Position numbers and translations under genes: made by a program. DNA of 64,000 bases, taken from the NCBI GenBank assembly GCA_053919585.1, contig CM132790.1. The stretch is one strand, 5' to 3'. A model generated the notes under the pieces. The model saw nothing but the letters and a program-made list of their open reading frames with translations. It did no database searches and was not told where the DNA came from. The stretch's first letter is position 1. Each line of letters opens with the position of its first letter. This DNA is from Euprymna scolopes. Lineage: Eukaryota. Of this stretch, positions 50,550 through 64,000 are shown piece after piece.

Positions 50550-52640
50550 GACTTCTTTGGGCGCTACATCATGCTACAAGGGCTCCAAATACCCTTGTTA
50601 CCAAAGCCTTTAAAAATGAAATATAATAAATCTACAGACGTACCTCTCAACCGTACTGTATACCGATACTCTATGGCGGACTGGGACAGCTTCCGTACAT
50701 TTATATCTGATCTCCCTCTCCATTACATGTTTAAAAAGGATGTGTCCTCTATAGTATCAGACCTGACAGAATGGTTACTTGTAGGAATAGACCAATTCAT
50801 ACCATCCAACAAATTCCAACAAAAACCTAACAGCCAGCCATGGTTCTCCCCCGCTACCAACGTAATAGATGCACTGAAACTAAAACTGCTTTCAGAACCG
50901 CCAGCAACCACTGTAAAAGAGTAATAAAAAATGCAAGAGAACTATATGCGCAATCCGTTGTCCAAAGTAGCTGAGCAGCGGCTTGGTTCCCACCAGTTCT
51001 GGCAAATATCAAATAGGATCTTGAACAGAAACGTGCGTTCTATTCCAACCATTATCAATGGACCAAAGGTCATCTCGACAGCATCCGACAAGGCCAAACT
51101 ATTTGCCAAAAACTTTGCGGCAAATTCTACCTTGTGTGACGAAGGCCATCAACTTCCCATATTCCCTCCTACAACAGACAACACGCTATGCAACATACAA
51201 ATATATGTGCGTGAGGTCGCCAAGCTAATCAAGAACCTTAACTCCAGTAAAGCAACTGGTCCCGACGGTATTCCAATTATAGTGTCAAAAAAATTACAAC
51301 CAGAACTTGCTCCCATATTTTCCAAACTGTTTAAGCGTTGCCTTAAGGAGAAATGCTTCCCAACACCCTGGAAAACCTCATCAGTATGCCCTGTATTTAA
51401 GAATTCAGGTGATAAGGCATCCCCCTCTCAGTAAAGACCAATAAGTCTCCTGCGTGTCATGAGTAAGTTGCTGGGATCCACAATAAATAGAGAAGTAGTC
51501 GACCACCTCAGCAGAAATAACCTTCTTACCGACACGCAATATGGTTTCCGCTCTGCTAGATCTACAGCAGATGTGCTAACGGTTATATCACATAGGATTA
51601 GCGAATCTCTCGACAAAGGCTTCATTTCTAGGGCAATTGCTCTCGACATATCAAAGGCCTTCGATAAGGTTTGGCATAAAGGCCTACTACACAAGATTTC
51701 CAGCTACGGTATAACTGGAAATGTTTTCTCTATCATTAAGTTATTTCTCTCTAATAGGCTCATAAGACTAGTTGTTGATGGGCAGAAATCAGAGGCCCAC
51801 AGTATTAATGCTGGAGTCCCTCAGGGGTCCATACTGAGCCCAACTCTTTTCCTGATCTGCATCAATGATCTCCCAAAGCACATACTTAAATCATTCGTTG
51901 ACATCTATGCTGATGACACGACCATCTATGGCAACACATCAAAGGCCGTAAATGATGATCTTCTCTCTGATTCTCTCTCCTCTGATCTTGAACGCGTGGT
52001 ACAGTAGGGAAAGAGGTGGCTGGTTACCGTTAATGCATCTAAGACCAAGCTCCTATCTCTACATCATAAACGCTCTGATCCCCATCTGGCATCAATTGAA
52101 ATGGATGGTTCTCGTCTAAGGGAGGCGCCAGGCTTTGATAAGCTCCTGGGTTTGACCTTTACACCTGATCTTAAATGGAACACATACATCAAGTCTGTGG
52201 CCAAGGTCGCTGGGAAAATGGAGGGATCCTTCTACCTCTCCAGAAGATATCTCACTAATGATGCAATTCTCTATCTATACAAGAGCCAAGTACGTCCAAA
52301 GATGGAGTACTGCTGCCAAATCTGGGCGGGGGCTGCTAAAAACAGCATATCCTGCATTGACAGAGTACAAAATAGACTCCGTAACTTGGTGGGGGATTCC
52401 CTTTTCTCTACCCTGCAACCTCTTTCCCACAGAAGCGACGTAGCGAGCCTGTCATTGTTCTATCGTTATTTCCATGGCAGGTGCTCGTCTGAGCTCCATT
52501 CTTTTGTCCCCCCCCCTCGCCAATCTTTCTCAAAAAACACCCGACTAGCTGAAACCACCGTCAATAATTTTCTCCACTGCCTCTCTGTGCCTAGATCAAA
52601 ACGTAGATACTATGAACAGAGCTTCTTTCTTAGAACTTCA
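50550..52640 (+). mobile_element. CR1/Jockey-group LINE fragment with mostly open RT (a few stops and frameshifts)
   Basis: KATGPDGIP; QYGFRSARST; ALDISKAFDKVWH; GVPQGSILSPTLF; YADD at 51906-51917; MEYCCQIWAGA; in-frame stops at 51432 and 52005. Confidence 0.95.
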
Positions 52641-52681
52641 CGAAATACAAATACAATAGAGAGTAGAGCTTGTTATAAGCA

Positions 52682-52830
52682 AAAGAAAATAAATTAAAAC
52701 TGTCAATTAAAATTTACAAATAAATCTAATGTTCGACAAAATACTTTAAAAAATTGAAAAATTGTTTTTGTCGAACAATAAATTTAATTGTAAATTGTAA
52801 TTAATTTACAGTTTTAATTTCTTTTTCTTT
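52682..52830. repeat. AT-rich imperfect inverted repeat
   Basis: AAAGAAAATAAATTAAAACTGT..TGTTCGACAAAA / TTTTGTCGAACA..ACAGTTTTAATTTCTTTTTCTTT. Confidence 0.75.
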
Positions 52831-52835
52831 CCTTC

Positions 52836-52908
<73 letters not shown>
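52836..52908. repeat. (TA)n(TG)n microsatellite
   Basis: direct reading. Confidence 0.95.
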
Positions 52909-52909
<1 letters not shown>

Positions 52910-52959
52910 ATACATATATATTCTTTATATATTACCAAACTTCATACAAACACACACAG

Positions 52960-53961
52960 ATTGTGTAGGTCCACCCTTTGCGGAAATTATAACCTCAATT
53001 CTCAGAGGTATTGATTAATACAAATAGTCAATTGTTTCCAAAGGAATTTTATTCCGATTTCCAGCGAAAAATCCCGCAGCTCATTTAGAGAAAATGGCGG
53101 CGGAAATCAATTTCTAACTAGAATCTCCAAAATGTACTATAAATGCCCAATAATATTGAGAACTGAGGTCGTGATGCCTAATCTGATGCGCAATTTCATT
53201 AGAATGCTCTTCGTGCCAATCTTTGATAATTCTAGCTGTATTATCATCTTGAAAGATGGCGTTCCCTTCCGGAAACAGTTCTTCTACCATAGGATGAACC
53301 CAAAATTTCTAAATAGTATCGACTGTTAATTATTCCATTAAAGAGTAATCATTGGTCCAACGGATTTCCAAGAAATAGCACCGTAAATCATCACAGAACC
53401 CCCGCCATGGTTTACGATTGGAAGAAAGCAGATTGGATAAAATGCTTCTTTCGACTGTCTCTAAACTGTGACAGCTGGTGGTCGGAAATAAGGAAAACGA
53501 TGATTCGTCGGAGAAAATCACATTTTTCCACTGCTCGAGGGGTCAATTTTGTAGGTGCTTACACTACTTTTATCGCTTTAAAACATTTGTCTTTGGGAGC
53601 AGAGGTTTTTTAATTGCACCTCTTTCGTAATATCCAAATTTGTACAGTAATCGACGAACAATTTTTGTGGAAACTGGGTCCTGTAAATTTTTGTTAAGCT
53701 CTACAGTAATTTTAGAATCCGTGGTCTTGCGATCTTCTCTAACAAACCGTTTAAGAGTCCGACAGGCTCTTCCAGATATCTTCATCTTTCTACTAGACTC
53801 GTGCTTTTCTGAGGACGTTTTTCTCCTCTTTTAAAAGCAGTCATTACTTTTGAGACAGTGCTTCTTGAAACGCTAAGCATTCGTGCAGTTTTTGTTACAC
53901 AAGCACCTGCCATACAAGCTCCAACAATTTGATACTTTGGAAGTCCGTAAAGTTTTGCCAT
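52960..53961 (-). pseudogene. Tc1-family DDE transposase pseudogene
   Basis: ATG at 53961; HTH region (QIVGACMAG..VSRSTV; VSTKIVRRLL..KKPLL); IFSDES; HGGGSVMIYG; IFQDDN; C-terminal SIPLRIEVIISAKGGPT; frameshifted. Confidence 0.92.
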
Positions 53962-55164
53962 TTTATGAGAAAAATTTTTGATATCTTATAGTATCTGTAA
54001 AAAACATTCGTTTCATATCATATGAGATAAATAATGAACAAAAAACAAAGCATGAAAATATGTCAAGATTCGATTGTTTAAAACACATTCAAAGATTGAT
54101 GCCAAAAATGTTAGGTGTTTCTCTTNNNNNNNNNNNNNNNNNNNNNNNNNNNNNNNNNNNNNNNNNNNNNNNNNNNNNNNNNNNNNNNNNNNNNNNNNNN
54201 NNNNNNNNNNNNNNNNNNNNNNNNNNNNNNNNNNNNNNNNNNNNNNNNNNNNNCGCCAGAAGTCCTAACAAAATAGTTACGATATACAGACTTGATAATA
54301 ATCTCGCAATTGTTATTATGACAGCTGTCATTGTAACGTTGTTGTAAATATTTGACATTTAAAAAATAGCGAAATTCTGTTCGACTAAAGTTTATATTTT
54401 AAAGTTGAAACAATTGAATTCAATTTTTTTCATTAAAAACAGAAAGTTTATACGATAAAACACCGCACCAAATACAATAAATTGGGAATAATATATCAGT
54501 TTTTGACAAGACTTGTCGTCGGATAAATAATCAGAAAGTATTTGACAAGTTGCGATCAAGCACGAACGAAATAGAATTTTACAAAATAATGAATGATTAT
54601 TTTCTTATAATAAGTTAATTTCAATTGGACAACTTCTAATCTATGTCAGTCTACTTTTAATGAAGATGCATAAGTTTAATATTGCCACAAAACGATTTTT
54701 CAATAGTCATTACAATAGTCGACTTTCATTACTTAATTTGCTTAAGGAATGGTTCATTTATTGAACCTATATTGGCCCATTTTCAAAAGATACGGCGGAA
54801 ATAATAAAAAACATTAAATAATGGATTCCAATTGTTTTAAATATATTATATAACTTTATGAATTAAAGGTTTGTTGAAGTTCTTAATGTCCATATAACAT
54901 GAACTTTTACATAATGTGTTTATCATATATAGTTCGACTATACAATATGTCTTTTTCTTACAGAATCATACACAATCTATTCGGTCACATTAACGTTCAG
55001 ACTTATTACTTTGATTTTCACTTCACACAAGGCATAATGCCACTTGGGTTACTATTTGATGCCAGGTTTATGGGAGATGAAAGAGGTATCGGTTAAAAAT
55101 ACATTTAAACTTCTTTACAGTGAGGATGTGTTTTTTTTAATAAACGGGTTTGTCAAGGAGTTAC

Positions 55165-55316
55165 AAGATCATTGAGTTCATCAGAGCACATCTCATTCAC
55201 ATCCTTATAAAACAAGCAGAGGATGCAACATTGGGGTGATGGTACAGGGGTTGGGTTTTAGTTTACAGTGCAATCCACATTAGATCGGAAACTCTTTTTT
55301 AGACACTGTTCAAGAA

Positions 55317-55353
<37 letters not shown>

Positions 55354-55510
55354 AGTGGCAGATGCACCAATTCAGATCTAGAAGCAATAATTCATGCATG
55401 GGCCAATAGTGGTTTTTTCAAGGTATGAGAAATTCTCAGGTGTGAGTAATCTTCTAGCAAGATAGTAGAGATTCAACCTTCTTTCAAGCAGCGTTTGCAA
55501 TTTACTCATT
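55165..55510 (-). pseudogene. Decayed LINE fragment homologous to 47100-47400, containing an (AG)n tract
   Basis: shared blocks TCAGAGCA..GGATGCAACATT, GCAGATGCACCAA, CATGGGC.AAT.GTGGT, CAGGTGT.AGTA. Confidence 0.7.
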
Positions 55511-56598
55511 AACCACATGGAGTAAACATTGTTAACTTTTATCTACAAATACATTTACATTAAACTACTTTCCTTCTATAACTGACATTATCAAGTGTCA
55601 TAATATAGACTACAATTGATTCAACGTATGGTTCATTTGAAAAAAAAACGTAATAAATCCAGATTGATCAATCGAAATAAATCTGTTAAAACTCTATTTT
55701 CTTAAGCAAATTGAAAGGAAAGAAGTCCATAATAGATGTTGCCAATGTTAAAAAAAACTAGACTTCCCCTTGTTAGCAAGAGAAATTCTTATATATGTCA
55801 GAGTACACTTACAATATTTGGATTTGTACGCCAATCAATCAACGCCTCCGCTTGAAGAGGGTATAAAAGTAATTTCTTCGTTCTTTCTGCCAAACTCACT
55901 CCTCTGTCATACCACCGCGGTGTTGTATCTTTGTATTTGTTTTAGACATAATCTCATAGAATGGTTTCCGAGATTTACTCTAATTGTAACCTTCTATACT
56001 AAAACACTCACACCAACCCGACTAAATTTCGCTTCTTAACTCACGAGATATAGGGGGATTTTCTACTATGTATTTCCGCTAGGATCAACACGCAAGAATT
56101 TACAGGTAGAAAAAACTACATGTTCTCATTATGTACACCCATTTCCATAGTACCACCTCACGCTTCAATGTCAATATTCATTTTTTGACGAGAATAAACA
56201 TTTTTAAATGCGAGGATGATCCATACTATAGCAAATTAAAATAAATGCTGATACATCAAAGTAAGTTTATTTTAATAGCTGCGTAACACGTGTTTGACTC
56301 ACAGCAGTAGATAATAAATCAAAAATAAGTAATTTTATTATGTTCTGAATAGTGTTTATAACAAAAATCAATCTCATTTAATTTCAGTATATGTTGGAAC
56401 ATCTATAAAATATCGGTCAGAGACTTTAAATAAAGGACTATTTTAGATGCGTTACTAAATCTGATTCTTATATGCGTATACATTATTATTATTATTATTA
56501 TTATTATATTAATTTTTAATTTAATTCTTTTAAAAAAATGTTTAATTCACAATTATACAAATATATATGCTAAATATATAAGTATATAAATAACATTT

Positions 56599-56662
<64 letters not shown>

Positions 56663-56663
<1 letters not shown>

Positions 56664-57410
56664 TAGAAAAAGTACCCATCGTTGACTGGGTTCAAAAACA
56701 GCCTGCAGAAAATGTTCACTGATTTATGAAAGTATGATAGGTTATGAAAAGGAAGGGTTGTAAAGAGATAGCTTCGAAATTGGGGGTATCAAAACCAAAG
56801 CAAAATATGATGAAGGTGAATATAAAATAGATAAACCCCATAATTTATTATACCATACTTGTTCACACTGAAACACTTATCACAATATTCTGTAGATTTA
56901 TATTAAAAAACCTTGTGAAACTTTGTATCATATTTCCATTCTATGGAGGTCAGGCGCGAACGAACACCCCATGATTTTATTATACCATTTTTCTTCGAAC
57001 TGCAACATAATTATCAAAGTATACTTGCGCAGATAGATATGAAAAGTCTTTATTAAAGTGTGTGCCTATTTCCATTCTATGGAGGCCAGGCGCGAACACA
57101 GACACCACAATGTTACTATACCATCCCTATTTAAGTTAAAAGATACTTTTCAAAATATTATTATGTACATCTATATCAAAAACACTTGTAAACGTTTTTT
57201 TTTAATTTTTATTTCCATACTTTGTGGACCAGGCGCGTACACAGACCCCACAATTTTAATGAATCATCATTATGCTAGATCAAACAACCCATTCCTGTGT
57301 CTCGAGACATCTTCTATCATTATATGTAATCAGTTTTCTATAATAGTCAACCATATAGGAGCCTATTCGTGACCAGACACACACACAGACGTTAAGCTTT
57401 ATATTATAGA
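56663..57410 (-). mobile_element. Complete non-autonomous Helitron with three about 140-bp internal repeats
   Basis: minus strand A|TCTATAATATAAAG start; hairpin ACCCAGTCAACGATGGGT then CTAG|T end; repeated ATTTCCAT..TGGA..CAGGCGCG.AC at about 56932, 57068, 57211. Confidence 0.8.
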
Positions 57411-58897
57411 TATACTTAAAAATATGAAGTCATTTTTGCACTTGTAGAAAAATAGCATTAAAAACAGATTCATCTAATATAGTCACGCTACCTGTTAGTA
57501 TCGGATGCATGCTTTTTGGTTAATATCGGTCGATTTAATTCAATATATTACATTTTTACAATAATTCAAACAAAAAACACTTTTTCAACAAGTCACACTT
57601 ATAGGTGGTAGAAACGTATTTCCCCACCCGTGACAATATCGACCTCCAATCCGGTTTACACCGTTACAAAATATTTTATAAGGTTCAATTATTCAATTAT
57701 AATATGCGTCTGTAATTGTTTCATTTTATTATCACGTTTTATTAACAGTCGCCGAATACCCATTCAGTATGTACACAATGAACGTCCATTTTCGTTTCGT
57801 TTTTTAATTTCCAGCATTTTGATGGGATCCTCCGATTACTTCCACGTGTTACGATATTGCATTGTTGAATATTTTAGATTTATTTACTAAAAGTCCATTA
57901 TTCACAGGAAAGTAAACTTGTCGGAATTTGGTATTAGATTATTATGATAAAAATTCTAATGACAGAAGTGTACAGCACCTCAAAAATCCGGCCAATTTTA
58001 AATATGAAATACATCAGATTCGCATTTCAACAAAAAATGCTAAAGCACATCTTCAGTAGCTGCTAATGAACATTAGAAAATAGTCGGTAATGATGGCGGC
58101 ATAAACAAATATAAAAATTGTGAACGTACTACGTTTAGCGACCCAGTAAACGTCAAAAGACTATAAAAGCAAAATCTTAACATCCGAAGGAGAACATTTC
58201 AAACCTCAATTCGCACACAAGTCTAATACACTGCGTTATCAAGGCCGACTTAGGCGGTAGAATAAACTTTTTCAGAACATACAACCATAACACAATTACA
58301 ATTAAACATGGTGGTTTCCTCAGATAATAACAAACATAATTGAAATTAAAGATTAGAGGAGGATAACGAAAGACTTTAAATTATATTATTAGAAACAAAT
58401 TATTATAGGCATGGTAGATAAATGAAAAGCAAGCTGCATACCAATCGAGGTGTGAACAAGAGGACTTGTGGCAGCAGTCACTATGTAAAATCCGAAGAGC
58501 CTGGTAGGTTTAAAGAAACGCAAAGTTATAAATTCAAACACAGCTGAGCGAACTGGAAAATTGTTGTGGATAAAACAAAATAATGTACGTCTTCATGTTA
58601 ACGATTAAAATTGCTAGTTAATCGTTGAAATGAGGCTTAGGGGCTGACACGTATAATTCAAAATAGTTTATTTGTATAATGTAATCAAAAATATCAGTGA
58701 TGTAATTGCAAATAGGTTTTTATGATTGTTTTTGTTGTTTCCGCTAATCGTTTTCATATTTCATCTTTTAACGTATTTTGTTTTACGGCATTACTAATAA
58801 TGTGTTCAGCAAGTTGTACAAATACTTTGTAAAAAACTAATAGTAGCCACTTTGCCAAATGGTAAAACGGTAACGGTACATATGAAGTATTATCTTA

Positions 58898-58949
<52 letters not shown>

Positions 58950-59444
58950 ATGTGATTAATACCTATCGAGCTTATTATATATCTAAATTACAACGAGCAC
59001 TTTTTCTTTCCTGTATTTTAATTAAACTAGTAATTTCACTATTACATTAAAATACACTCTGCTCTTTAGTCTATTGTTCTAATCTCCTTTAAATATATAT
59101 ATATATATATATATATTATCTATACATTATATATATATATTATCTATGCATTTATATATTATATATATGCATATATATGTGTGTGTGCGCGCGCGCGCGT
59201 GTGTGTGTGTGTGTGTGTGTTTTCCATCGAATCGTACAATCAATTTTATTTCGCTAAACATCAATTTTGCGGTCGGGAAAATCTCGTTTTGTACATCTGT
59301 TGTTTTTCGGCTTTTTTTTTTTTTTTTTTTTCTTTTTTCTATCTCCGCTACACTCAAACGTGGTTTAAACGAAACGTACGTTTCTGCGTTGCATAATGCA
59401 TAATTACTCGTAGAATTAAGAAAAAACAATAAACAAATTTAAAA

Positions 59445-59516
<72 letters not shown>

Positions 59517-59899
59517 GTATATATGCATAATATATGCAATACATGCATAAACATTAATTTATTTAAACTCTAGTTAACACGAATATTTAATTTTAGTCTA
59601 TTAATCATAGGACTTTCACGACAGCGGAATGTTAATTTGAGTTTTTGTCATTTTCGTCCGACGATAAACTTACGACTACATTTAATGTTAACCTTGTAAA
59701 TTAATATTTTCTGGTTGAGAATTGTATATTAGTGTCATCATTTCATTTGATTATATTTACTTTTTTATTCCAATCGATAATGTACGCACTTATTTAACTT
59801 TTGGAATAAAAGGAAACTTATTCTGGTAGAGGAGAGATAAAATTTTCCTACGGCGCAGTTTTAATCACTTATCTAAACGACATGTAATCATCTAATGTG

Positions 59900-60182
59900 T
59901 ACTTTGCCTGTATCGAGAAAAAGCGGAGCTCGGAAGAAATGTAAGTCAGTGTTTCATACTATGGCATGATAGAGGGAACCTATTTTCTTTGTAACACCCT
60001 TCACAATGTCTTCAATGTATTTGTTCCAGTTCATGTTGCCCGTGACTCTTAAACCGTGGAGTTTGAAAGAAAGAATTCCCAGGTAACGTGTTACTTGCCA
60101 TGAATATCACTCGTTAATTGTACGTTATGTAATTGTTAAAGGAGAGTAGCTTAATTTTACTAGCATTAAATGTTACTATCCA
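59900..60182 (-). pseudogene. Decayed CR1/Jockey-group LINE fragment
   Basis: WIVTFNASKIKLLSFNNY and MNWNKYIEDIV..KIGSLY. Confidence 0.7.
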
Positions 60183-60839
60183 TATATAATATATATATAT
60201 ATATGTATATATATCCGTATATATATATATATATATATCCGTATATAAAATGAATGTTTTTTTTTTCATATACAAATTGTGAAATCGCAATACACTGTTT
60301 GGATATCTGTTTGCATCAAGTTGTGTAAAGACCTTATCAAGTCGGCGCGTAAAACATGCGTAGATTTCCTCAAGAAAGAAATAGTTGCAACAGTATATTA
60401 AACAATATTTGACTCTATTTGTTATCTGGAAGACAGCAGATACGCTCTCCGTCATAAATGGCTGGCACGCACCTGTCAAAATGACAGTTTTACTGGTAAA
60501 AATATTAATTGATTGCATATAGCCTGAATTTTATCGCGTGCGCTAACATTTGTTATGATCTGCAAAATTGACAAACAAGTAATTCGTTCTTTCCCGTGTT
60601 TTCAACGCGAAAAAAAATGATAAATATGAATAGTTCTTTTTATTTCTTTATTCTTCATTAGAATTCCTATCGTCGTTTACTCTTTGTGTTTGAAAACAAA
60701 GCCGGATTTTTTTTACTTGAATACGAGTAAAGCTATACCTAAACAAATGCGAATTGATATATGCAAATGCCATTCGTCATCCTATTGTTTGCATTAGTTT
60801 CCTCCATATTTTTCTAGTCAGAATAATTTTGTAGAAAGA

Positions 60840-60986
60840 CATCGGGTACTTCCTGAGTGACCTATTGGAGGTCATCTATTGAAGGTTGCCACGACTCTAA
60901 CTGAAAGTGACTTCGTGGAGTGAACTAGATTTGAACTTGGAATGCCCAGATTTTGAGTTCGTGTCGTTTACCACTTGAGCACCGGC
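60840..60986 (-). mobile_element. tRNA-derived SINE (Leu-CAA-like head)
   Basis: minus strand GCCGGTGCTCAAGTGGTAA (A box)..GAACTCAAAATC (anticodon loop)..CAAGTTCAAATCT (B box); stems decayed. Confidence 0.55.
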
Positions 60987-61125
60987 AATGACACTAAATA
61001 TCATTATCTAATAATCATTGTAACATAGAAAACAATTGAAACGTTTATACGAAAGATTAGGTGACACAAACTACAATACATTATAGTACAATGAAATAGA
61101 TAATATATAACCACGCAAACTATAG

Positions 61126-64000
61126 TGTTGTGGGGGAACCACCCTCCAAATGGACTAAGCGATCGTCCATGTAAACTTAACACATGGCGATTCCAGGCGG
61201 GCATCTAATACCAGAGCGAACCTCGCATGCGTGGCGAATTACCAACACCTTTCGTTTGTAACCTTTCCGTTGTTTTCATGTAATTCATGTTTTAAACTCT
61301 TTCCCATTGTTCTGTTCTTCTTTGTGGCTACTTGCGAGTCATAGCACTGGCGACATTGGATTCGAAAAATATACTCACGTCTAAAACAGTGTTCCCAAAA
61401 ACACTGGCGACATTGGATTCAGGAAACATACTCACGTCTAAAATAATGTTATGAATATATTTTGGACTCAAATGTTTATCACGCTTAAGAAAGTGTAGCA
61501 TATCACATGTGGCTGAAGAACTCGCGGAAATAAAAAAGACAATCAGATTAACAACTGTGTTAATTGACCTTTAAAAAAACAAGACAAGTACGAAACGAAA
61601 AAGGAATTGAGAAAAAAGAGAAAAGGTTCATCGCTACTAAAAAGGTAAATCTTTACTTTGCAAAAAACGTTCGTCGGTGTTTTTCTCTACTAAAAGTAAT
61701 TCGTTGCTTTATTTTTTTTTTGTTTCAAAAGGGAAAGATACACTTGATTTTTTTTTGTTTGGACGATGAACTGTTTCCTTAGATTTATATTTTTGGCTTG
61801 TTTTATTGTCCTGAGAGAAAAATCAAAATGTTTTGTTAAATCCAACCAGACAAACGTTTTCCTAACCAGACAACGAACGTTTAAAATTGCTAAATTCAAC
61901 TAGACAAAATGGACGAACTAAAATTAGCGTTGGTACATCTAACTAAATTATAAATTGAAGCGGCCGAGCGCCAAAAACGTACAGAGGACCATCAACGTTA
62001 ATTACAAAATCAGTTGGCAGAACGCCAACAACGCACAGAGACTCAACAAAAGGAATTTAAAAACAGGCAGCGGAAGCTCAAAAATAGGCGGTCGAAACTC
62101 AACAACAGTCGGCCGAGTTACACAAATAATTGGCAGAACGCCAACAACATACAGACGACAAACATACTAAATTACACAAAAAAGTCGACCGAAGTAAAAA
62201 AAAAAAAAAAAAAACAGTTGGCAGAACGTCAATTACGAACAGAGGAATTACTTGCAGAAACCGTGAAGAATAACGCGCACTCAGAAGGCGATTCAGCTTT
62301 TTCTCAAAATACAATATAGTTCGCAATAGATAATAGTAGAAGAAGATGAAAAATCAGCTGATTTCAGGACATATGAAGCCTTTTTCAATATCGACTGCGG
62401 TAACCGGTCTGACCAGTAGAAGACCAGACTCATGCTACGAAAACTTAAAATCGCTGAACATGATAAGTTCGTAGACTACATCTTGTCACAAAAACCGTGG
62501 ATTTATCGTTCAATGAGACGGTAAGTCTTTACAGAAATGTTTTCCCTGAAAATGTCTCTTTTTCATAAGCGATGGAGATGTTTGAATGTGACCAAAGACG
62601 ATAATGATGACATTGCCACGTACGCGATGACTTTAACTTGTCTGAATTAACAGCAGATAATTTTAAATGCCTTGTTTTTGCACAAAGTTTAATCTCGGGA
62701 AAAGATGCGGAAATCAGGCGCAGAATTCTTACGAAGTTAGAAAACGAACCAAACTTAGCACTACAAAAATTGACTGACGATTGTCAAAAAGTGGAAATAA
62801 TAAAAAAAATAAGACACAAGAAACATCGAAGCAGGCATCGCAAATATAAAAAAAATAACTAAGAAAAAACCGTCGAGACGGTACAAAGAAAATTACCCCC
62901 AAAAGTCGGAAAAACCAAAAGCACCGAGGCTTTGCTTCAGATGTGGTGGAAAAGACTGGGTCAAGGATTGCCCATTCTTAACAAAAAGATGCCTCATATA
63001 TAATAAATTCGGACATAAAAGCTCTCAATGCAGGGAAAATCAAAGCAAAAGCCGGGTACATCAAACAATAACAAAAGACGCCGTAGATTAAAACCTACGC
63101 AATTACGTTACAATCAACATTCTCGGCAAGGATATAAAATTTCAATTAGACAGTGGGTCGGATCTTTCAATTATAAATTTCAAAACGTGGAACAAATTCC
63201 GAAAACCGACTATGCTAAGAACCAACAGAACGGCACGGCCGTCAATGGTACAAAAATTAATTTTGAGGGTGAATAATCACCGATGTCATCTTGCTGGGAA
63301 AAAAGAAAAAACTCCAAATGCATGTATTAAAAAATAGTGAGAACCTGTTTGGTTCCAATAGCATGGATGAATTTCATTCGTGGGATCTTCCTATACCCAC
63401 ATTTTGCAAAAAGGTAGAAAACACTCCAGCGGAAACATTTCCAAATGTATTTTCTTCTAGCCTTTGGAAGATGAACACAAATGACCGCAGATTTCAAGCT
63501 GAAATCGGCACATAACCGGTGTTTAAAAAAACGTAATGTCCCGTTCGCATCTCTGAACAAGATAAATCAGGAACTGGATAGATTAGAAAATATCGATATA
63601 CTGGCTAAAATTGAATATAGCGAATTGGCTGCTCCAGCAGTCTACGTAAAAAACTTCCAGGAAAATCCGCGTTTGCGCTGACTTCTCGCCCGGACTCAAC
63701 GGGTCGTTAGAAGACTTTCACTATCCATTACCCAGCCCAGAGGAATTGTTCACGAAATTAAATGGCGGCAAGTTTTTCTCTAAGATCGACCTGAGCGACG
63801 CTTACTTACAAATTCCTGTCAACGACAAAAGCGCTAACCTCCCCTGTATTAATACTCATCAGGGTTTTTACAGATGCAAAAGGCTCGCGTTTGGGATCAA
63901 GGTAGCACCAGCGATATTCCAGCAAGTCATGGATACCATGCTGAGCAACCTGGACACCGCCATCGCATATCTAGATGCCATCATAGCGAGCAAACGCAGG
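61126..64000 (+). mobile_element. Decayed Ty3/Gypsy element (LTR about 61126-61346, PBS, gag, CCHC, protease, RT), running off the window
   Basis: TGTTGTG..CA then TGGCGACATTGG; gag DNFKCLVFAQSL..KLENEPNL; CFRCGG..DCP; FQLDSGSDLSII; RVCADFS..YPLPSPEELF..SKIDLSDAYLQI..FGIKVAPAIFQ..AYLDAII (YLDD mutated); same lineage as 12000-14830. Confidence 0.93.

Noticed and set aside
51459-52697. Intact active reverse transcriptase gene
   Set aside because: In-frame stops at 51432 and 52005, no APE N-terminus and a truncated 3' end
60920-60986. Functional tRNA genes (also 31988-32049 and the weaker 26170-26243)
   Set aside because: Acceptor and anticodon stems do not pair properly; treated as SINE heads or pseudogenes

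Overview
AT-rich animal (invertebrate-like) genomic DNA from a draft assembly with five short N gaps. It is essentially a transposon graveyard and I cannot support any intact host protein-coding gene. Retroelement relics: a decayed Dong/R4-type RLE non-LTR element next to an (AAT)n tract, many CR1/Jockey-group APE-RT LINE fragments, two RTE-clade fragments, three Ty3/Gypsy relics, a solo LTR with a 5-bp TSD, Penelope-like GIY-YIG remnants, and 5S-derived, tRNA-derived and other SINEs. DNA transposon relics: a Tc1 transposase pseudogene, non-autonomous Helitrons and a TA-flanked MITE. Tandem repeats: a 2.4-kb 20-bp satellite and many microsatellites. The most interesting signal is not in the ORF track: two type I hammerhead ribozyme folds (19380-19449 +, 34974-35047 -) in Penelope-like contexts. 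Their sequences differ, but both have a CUGAAGA/GAAA core, a GUA cleavage site and an 18-nt quasi-palindromic stem III. A 5S-rRNA-headed SINE is seen twice with a shared body. All calls are by-eye motif reading; no database search or folding program was run.
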